Shown here: piece after piece, positions 56,201 through 64,000 of the stretch
How the letters are laid out: every line of letters begins with the position of its first letter
Numbering within the stretch: the stretch's first letter is position 1
DNA from: the human T2T-CHM13v2.0 reference genome, Homo sapiens
Direction: 5' to 3' (one strand)
Length of the DNA: 64,000 nt
Assembly: GCF_009914755.1 (NCBI RefSeq)
Contig: NC_060933.1
Position numbers and translations under genes: made by a program
Notes under the pieces: generated by a model
The model's input: the letters and a program-made list of their open reading frames with translations, nothing else
The model's database searches: none
What the model was told of the DNA's origin: nothing

Positions 56201-59200
56201 GAAATGGAATGTAATGGAATGGAATGGAATGGAATGGAATGGAATGGAATGGTACGGAATAGAATGGAATGGAACGAAATGGAATGGAATGGAATGGAAT
56301 GGAATGGAATGGAATGGAATGGAAGTGAATGGAATGGAATGTAATGAAACCGAGTGCAGGGGAATGGAATGGAATGGAATGCAATGGAATGGAGTCATCC
56401 GGAATGGAACGGAATGGAATGGAATGGAATCAACCCGAGTGCAATGGAATGGAATGGAATGGAAAGGAATGGAATGGAATGGATTCAACCCGAATGGAAT
56501 GGAAAGGAATGGAATCAACCCGAGAGGAATGGCATGGAATGGAATGGAATGGAATGGAGTGGAATGGTACGGAATAGAATGTAATGGAACGAAACGGAAT
56601 GGAATGGAATGGAATGGAATGGAATGGAATGGAATCATTCCGAGTGGAATAGAAGGGAATGTTTTCGAGTGGAATGAAAAGGAATGGTATCAACCAGAGT
56701 GGAATGGAATGGAATCGAATGGAATGGAAAGGAATAGAATGGAATCAACCCGAGTGGAATGGAATGGAAAGGACTGGAATGGAATGGAATGGAATGCAAT
56801 GGAATCAACTCGATTGCAATGAAATGGAATGGAATGGAAGGGAATGGAATGGAATGGAATGGAATGGAATAGAATGGAAAGGAATCACTCCAAGTGCAGG
56901 GGAATTTAATGGAATGGAATGCAGTGGAATGGAATCATCCGGAATGGAATGGAATGGAATGGAATGGAACGGAATGGAATGGAATCAACTCGAATTCAAT
57001 GGAATGGAAAGGAATGGAATGGAATAGAATGCAATGGAATCGTACGGAATAGAATGGAATGGAACGAAATGGAATGTAATGGAATGGAATGGAATGGAAT
57101 GGAATGGAATGGAACGGAATGGAATGGAATGAACCCGCGTGCAATGGAATGGAACGGAATGGAATGGAATGGAATGGAATGGAATGGAATGGGTTCAACT
57201 CGAATGGAATGGAAAGGAATGGAATCAACACGAGTGGAATGGCATGGAATGGAATGGAATTGAATGAAATGGAATGGAATGGAATGGAATGAAATGTAAT
57301 GGAATGGAAAGGAATGGAATCAACACGAGTGGAATGGCATGGAATGGAATGGAATTGAATGAAATGGAATGGAATGGAATGGAATGAAATGTAATGGAAT
57401 GGAATGGAATGGAATCAACCCGAGTGCAATGTAATGGAATCGAATGGAATGGAATGGAATGGATTCAACCCGAATGGAATTAAAAGGAATGGAATATACC
57501 CGAGTGGAATGGCATGGAATGGAGTGGAATGGAATGGAATGGAATGGAATGGAATGGTACGGAATAGAATGGAATGTAACGAAATGGAATGTAAGGGAAT
57601 GGAATGGAATGGAATGGAATGAACCCGTGTGCAATGGAATGGAATGGAATGGAATGGAATGGAATGGAATGGAATGGATTCAACTCTAATGGAATGGAAG
57701 GGAATGGAATCAACGCGAGTGGAATGGCATGGAATGGAATGGAATGGAATGGAATGGAAGTAAATGGAATGGAATGGAATGAACCCGAGTGCAGGGGAAT
57801 GGAATGGAATGGAATGGAATGGAATGGAATGGAATTGAATGGAATGGAATGGAATGCAGTGGAATGGAATCAAACCTAGTGCAATTGAATGGAATGGAAT
57901 GGAATGGAATGGAATGGAATGGAATGGAATGGAATGGATTCAACCCAAATGGAATGGAAAGCAATGGAATCAACCCGAGTGGAATGGCATGGAATGGAAT
58001 GGAATGGAATGTAATGGAATGGAATGGAATGGAATGGAATGGTACGGAATAAAATGGAATGGAACGAAATGGAATGGAATGGAACGGAATAGAATGGAAT
58101 CATTCCGAGTGGAATAGAAGGGAATGAATTCGAGTGGAATGGAAAGGAATGGAATCAACCAGAGTGGAATGGAAGGGAATGGAATGGAATGGAAACTAAT
58201 AAAATGGAATCAACACGAGTGGAATGGAATGGAAAGGACTTGAATGGAATGGAATGGAATGGAATGGAATCAAGTCGATTGCAATGGAATGTAATGGAAT
58301 GGAGTGGAATGGAATTAACGCGAATAGAATGGAATGGAATGGAATGGAATGGAATGGAATGGAATGGAATGGAATGGAATGGAATGGAATCAACCTGAGT
58401 GCAGGGGAATGGAATGCAATGGAATGCAATGGAATGGAATGGAATGGAATGGAATCAACGCGAGTGCAGGGGAATGGAATGTAATGGAATGCAATGGAAT
58501 GGAATCTTCCGGAATGGAATGGAATGGAATGGAATCAACCCGAGTGCAATGGAATGGAGTGGAATGGAATGGAATGGAATTGAACAACACGAATGCAATC
58601 GAATGTAATGGAGAGTAAGGGAGTTGAATAGAATCAATCCGAATGTAATGGAATGGAATGGAACGGAATGGAATTGAATGGTATGGAATGGAATGCAATG
58701 GAATGGAATCAACCCGAGTGCAATGGAATGGAGAGGAATGGAGTGGAAACTACCCGAATGGAATGGAATGTAATGGAGTGTAAGGGAATTGAATAGAATC
58801 AATCCGAATGTAATGGAATGGAATGGAACGGAATGGAATGGAATGGAATGGAATGGAATGGAATACAATGGAATGGAATCAACCCGAGTGCAATCGAATG
58901 GAATCGAATGTAATGGAATGCAATGGAATGGATTCAACTTGAATGGAATGGAAAGAATGGAATCAATACGAGTGGAATGGCATGGATTGGAATGGAATGG
59001 AATGGAATCAACCCGAGTACAGGGGAATGGAATGGAATGGAATGCAATGGAATGGAATCATCCGTAATGTAATGGAAAGGAATGGAATGGAATGGAATGG
59101 AATGGAATGGAATGGAATGGAATGGAATCAACTCGATTGCAGTCGAATGGAATGGAATGGAATTAACCCAAATAGAATGGAATGGAATGGAATGGAATGG

Positions 59201-59561
59201 AACGGAAAGGAATGGAATGGAATGGAATGGAATAGAATGGAATGGAACGGAACGGAATGGAACGGAATGGAATGGAATGGAATGGAATGGAATGGAATGG
59301 AATGGAATCAACGCGAGTGCAGGGGAATGGAATGGAATGGAATGCAATGGAATGGAATCTTCCGGAATGGAATGGAATGGAATGGAATGGCATGAAATGC
59401 AATGGATTCAACTCGATTGCAATGGAATGGAATGGAATGGAATGGAATGGAATGGAATGGAATTAACCCGAATAGAATGGAATGGAATGGAATGGAACGG
59501 AATGGAACGGAATGGAATGGAATGGAATGGAATGGAATGGTATGGAGTGGAATGGAATGGA
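53249..59561 (-). repeat. ~6.15-kb HOR, copy C (6313 bp, includes a 135-bp internal duplication)
   Basis: The start marker at 53249 recurs at 59562. Markers at 54426, 54622, 55046+55181 and 56885. Confidence 0.9.
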
Positions 59562-62500
59562 ATCAACACGAGTGCAGTGTAATGGAATCGAATGGAATGG
59601 AATGGAATGTAATGGATTCAACACGAATGGAATGGAAAGGAATGGAATAAACCCGCGTGGAATGGCATGGAATGGAGTGGAATGGAATGGAATGGAATGG
59701 AATGGAATCAACCCGAGTGCAATGTAATGGAATCGAATGGAATGGAATGGAATGGAATGGATTCAACCCGAATGGAATGGAAAGGAATGGAATAATCCCG
59801 AGTGGAATGGCATGAAGTGGAGTGGAATGGAATGGAATGGAATGGAATGGAATGGTACGGAATAGAATGGAATGGAACGAAATGGAATGGAATGGAATGG
59901 AATGGAATGGAATGGAATGGAATGGAATGAACCCGTGTGCAATGGAATGGAATCGAATGGAATGGAATGGATTGGAATGGATTCAACTCGAATAGAATGG
60001 AAAGGAATGGAATGAACACGAGTGGAATGGCATGGAATGGAATGGAATGGAATGGAATGGAATGGAATGGTACGGAATAGAATGGAAAGGAACGAAATGG
60101 AATGGAATGAAATGGAATGGAATGGAATGGAATGGAATGGAATGGAATCAACCCGAGTGCAGGGGAATGGAATGGAATTGAAGGCAATGGAATGGAATCA
60201 TCCGGAATTGAATGGAATGGAATGGAATCAACTCGATTGCAATGGAATGGAATGGAATGGAATGGAATGGAATGGAATGGAATGGAATGGAATGGAATGG
60301 AATTAACCCGAATAGAATGGAATGGAATGGAATGGAAGTAAATGGAATGGAAGGTAATGAACCCGAGTGCAGGGGAATGGAATGGAATGGAATGCAATGA
60401 AATGGAGTCATCCGGAATGGAACGGAAAGGAATGGAATGGAACCAACCCGTGTGCAATGGAATTGAAAGGAATGGAATGGAATGGAATGGAATGGAATGG
60501 AATGGAATGGAATGGAATGGAATGGATTCAACCCGAATGGAATGGAAAGGAAGGGAATCAACCCAAGTGGAATGGCATGGAATGGAATGGATTGGAATGG
60601 AATGGAATGGTACCGAATGGAATGGAATGGAATGGTACCGAATAGAATGGAATGGAACGAAATGGAACGGAATGGAATGGAATGGAATGGAATGGAGTGA
60701 ACACGTGTGCAATGGATTGGAATGGAATGGAATGGAATGGAATGGAATGGAATGGGTTCGACTCGAATGGAACGGAATGTAATGAAATCAACCCGAGTGG
60801 AATGGCATGGAATGGAATGGAATGGAATGGAATGGAATGGAAACAACACGAGTGCAATGTAATGGAATCGAATGGAATGGAATGCAATGGATTCAACCCG
60901 AATGGAATGGAAACGAATGGAATAAAACCGAGTGGAATGGCATGGAATGGAGTCTAATGGAATGGAATGGAATGGAATGGTATGGAATAGAATGGAATGG
61001 AACGAAATGGAATGGAATGGAATGGAATGAAATGAACCCGTGTGCAATGGAATGGAATGGAATGGAATGGAATGGAATGGATTCAACTCGAATGGAATGG
61101 AAAGGAATGGAATCAACCCGAGTGGAATGGCATGGAATGGAATGGAATGGAATGGAATTAACCCTAATAGAATGGAATGGAATGGAATGGAATGGAATGG
61201 AATGGAAGGAAATGGAATGAAATGGAATGGAATGGAATGGAATGGAATGGAATGGTACGGAATAGAATGGAATGGAACGAAATGGAATGGAATGGAATGG
61301 AATGGGATGGAATGGAATGGAATGGAATCAACCCGAGTGCAGGGGAATGGAATGGAATGGAAGGCAATGGAATGACATCATTCGGAATTGAATGGAATGG
61401 AATGGAATGGAATGGAATCAACGCGAGTGCAGGGGAATGAAATGGAATGGAATGCAATGGAATGGAATCTTCCGGAATGGAATGGAATGGAATGGAATAG
61501 AATGGAATGGAATGGAATGGAATGGAATCAACCCGAGTACAGGGGAATGGAATGGAATGTAATGTAATGGAATGGAATCATCCGTAATGGAATGGAAAGC
61601 AATGGAATGGAATGGAATGGAATGGAATGGAATGGAATCAACTGGATTGCAATCGAATGGAATGGAATGGAATTAACCCGAATAGAATGGAATGGAATGG
61701 AACGGAACGGAACGGAATGGAATGGAATGGAATGGAACGGAACGGAATAGAATGGAATGGAATGGAATGGAATGGAATGGAATCAACGCGAGTGCAGGGG
61801 AATGGAATGGAATGGAATGCAGTGGAATGGAATCTTCCGGAATGGAATGGAATGGAATGCAATGGATTCAACTCGATTGCAATGGAATGGAATAGAATGG
61901 AATGGAATGGAATGGAATGGAATTAACCCGAATAAAATGGAATGGAATGGAATGGAACGGAACGGAACGGAACGGAACGGAATGGAATGGAATGGAATGG
62001 AATGGAATGGTATGGAATGGAATGGAATGGTACGGAATAGAATGGAATGGAAAGAATTGGAATGGAATGGAATCGAATGGAATGGAATGGAATGGAATGG
62101 AATCAACCCGAGTGCAGGGGAATGTAATGGAACGCAATGTAATGGAATGGAATCATCCGGAATGGAATGGAATGGAATGGAATGGAATGGAATGGAATGG
62201 AACCAACTCGATTGTGATGGAATGGAATGGAATGGAATGGAATGGAATGGAATGGAATTAACCCGAATACAACGGAATGGAATGGAATGGAACGGAATGG
62301 AGTGGAATGGAATGGAATCAACCCGAGTGCAGGGGAATGGAATGGAATGGAATGCAATGGAACGGAATCATCCGGAATGGAATGGAATGGAATGGAATGC
62401 AAAGCAATGGAATCAACTCGATTGCAATGGAATGGAATGGAATGGAAAGGAATACATTGGAATCAACCCGAGTGGAATGGAATGGAAAGGACTGGAATGG

Positions 62501-64000
62501 AGTGGAATGGAATGGAATGGAATGGAATGGAATCAACTCGATTGGAATGGAATGGAATGGAATGGAATGGAATGGAATGGAATGGAATTAACCCGAATAG
62601 AATGGAATGGAATGGAATGGAATGGAACGGAATGGAATGGAATGGAATGGAATGGAATGGAATGGAAACAACCCGACTGCAGGGGAATGGATTCAACCCA
62701 AATGGAATGGAAAGCAATGGAATCAACCCGAGTGGAATGGCATGGAATGGAATGGAATGGAATGGAATGGAATGGAATGGAATGGAATGGTACGGAATAG
62801 AATGGAATGGAACGAAATGGAATGGAATGGAATGGAATGGAATGGAATGGAAGTGAATGGAATGGAATGTAATGAAACCGAGTGCAGGGGAATGGAATGG
62901 AATGGAATGCAATGGAATGGAGTCATCCGGAATGGAACGGAATGGAATGGAATGGAATCAACCCGAGTGCAATGGAATGGAATGGAATGGAAAGGAATGG
63001 AATGGAATGGATTCAACCCGAATGGAATGGAAAGGAATGGAATCAACCCGAGAGGAATGGCATGGAATGGAATGGAATGGAATGGAGTGGAATGGTACGG
63101 AATAGAATGTAATGGAACGAAACGGAATGGAATGGAATGGAATGGAATGGAATCATTCCGAGTGGAATAGAAGGGAATGTTTTCGAGTGGAATGAAAAGG
63201 AATGGTATCAACCAGAGTGGAATGGAATGGAATCGAATGGAATGGAAAGGAATAGAATGGAATCAACCCGAGTGGAATGGAATGGAAAGGACTGGAATGG
63301 AATGGAATGGAATGCAATGGAATCAACTCGATTGCAATGAAATGGAATGGAATGGAATGGAATGGAATGGAATGGAATGGAATGGAATAGAATGGAAAGG
63401 AATCACTCCAAGTGCAGGGGAATTTAATGGAATGGAATGCAGTGGAATGGAATCATCCGGAATGGAATGGAATAGAATGGAATGGAACGGAATGGAATGG
63501 AATCAACTCGAATTCAATGGAATGGAAAGGAATGGAATGGAATGGAATGCAATGGAATCGTACGGAATAGAATGGAATGGAACGAAATGGAATGTAATGG
63601 AATGGACTGGAATGGAATGGAATGGAATGGAACGGAATGGAATGGAATGAACCCGCGTGCAATGGAATGGAACGGAATGGAATGGAATGGAATGGAATGG
63701 AATGGAATGGGTTCAACTCGAATGGAATGGAAAGGAATGGAATCAACACGAGTGGAATGGCATGGAATGGAATGGAATTGAATGAAATGGAATGGAATGG
63801 AATGGAATGAAATGTAATGGAATGGAAAGGAATGGAATCAACACGAGTGGAATGGCATGGAATGGAATGGAATTGAATGAAATGGAATGGAATGGAATGG
63901 AATGAAATGTAATGGAATGGAATGGAATGGAATCAACCCGAGTGCAATGTAATGGAATCGAATGGAATGGAATGGAATGGATTCAACCCGAATGGAATTA
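59562..64000 (-). repeat. ~6.15-kb HOR, copy D (interrupted at ~61.4-62.8 kb, cut by the window edge)
   Basis: Markers at 60754, 60950 and 61374, then foreign wording, then HOR markers resume (GTGAATGG..TGAAACCGAG ~62852, TCACTCCAAG 63403). Confidence 0.85.

Larger units (their letters stand above)
16760..64000 (-). repeat. Satellite III (HSat3) array in inverted orientation, (GGAAT)n on +
   Basis: Continuous GGAAT pentamers with CAACCCGAGT, CAACTCGATTGCAA and TTAACCCGAATAG words, the reverse complements of the left-arm words. Runs off the right edge. The CAACCCGAGT-rich wording suggests an HSat3B-type subfamily (inference, not verified). Confidence 0.97.

Noticed and set aside
1-64000. Hundreds of ORFs encoding (MEWNG)n or (IPFHS)n, up to 469 aa (22977..24386)
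   Set aside because: GGAAT and CATTC pentamers have no stop codon in any frame, so long ORFs are expected. They overlap in all six frames and have no domain content. Poly-WNGME translation is known for the SCA31 (UGGAA)n expansion, but nothing here shows translation.
1-64000. CRISPR-like alternation of repeats and short 'spacers'
   Set aside because: The interruptions are recurring ~10-bp words rather than unique 26-72 bp spacers, repeat lengths vary, and there are no cas genes or leader.
1-64000. Assignment to HSat2, DYZ1, D15Z1, alpha satellite or a specific chromosome
   Set aside because: I saw no HSat2 TTCGATGAT wording, no regular 3.6-kb or 1.8-kb period, and no 171-bp monomer or CENP-B box. 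Chromosome and species cannot be fixed without a database search.

Overview
The whole window is primate (human-type) classical Satellite III (HSat3) heterochromatin: a (CATTC)n/(GGAAT)n pentamer array punctuated by short recurrent variant 'words', mainly CAACCCGA[G/A]T = A[C/T]TCGGGTTG. I see no credible gene, RNA gene, transposon or CRISPR array; the ORF track is an artefact of a stop-free pentamer. The real content is architectural. (1) One sharp strand-inversion junction at ~16758-16760, with CATTC on the left and GGAAT on the right, joined through a 2-3 bp CCG microhomology. Both arms share inverted homologous modules. (2) A ~6.15-kb higher-order repeat (HOR), about 3.7 copies at ~40.4-64 kb, plus a detached, shorter relative at ~18.3-23.0 kb. 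(3) A copy-number-variable ~860-bp module bounded by perfect HSF1-type heat-shock elements (GAAtcTTCcgGAA). (4) A differently worded subarray at ~23-40.4 kb, with inverted relatives at 1-2 kb and a patch at 61.4-62.7 kb. (5) Nested duplications from 20 bp to 4.75 kb that mostly preserve pentamer phase. All coordinates were read by eye, so domain edges are approximate.
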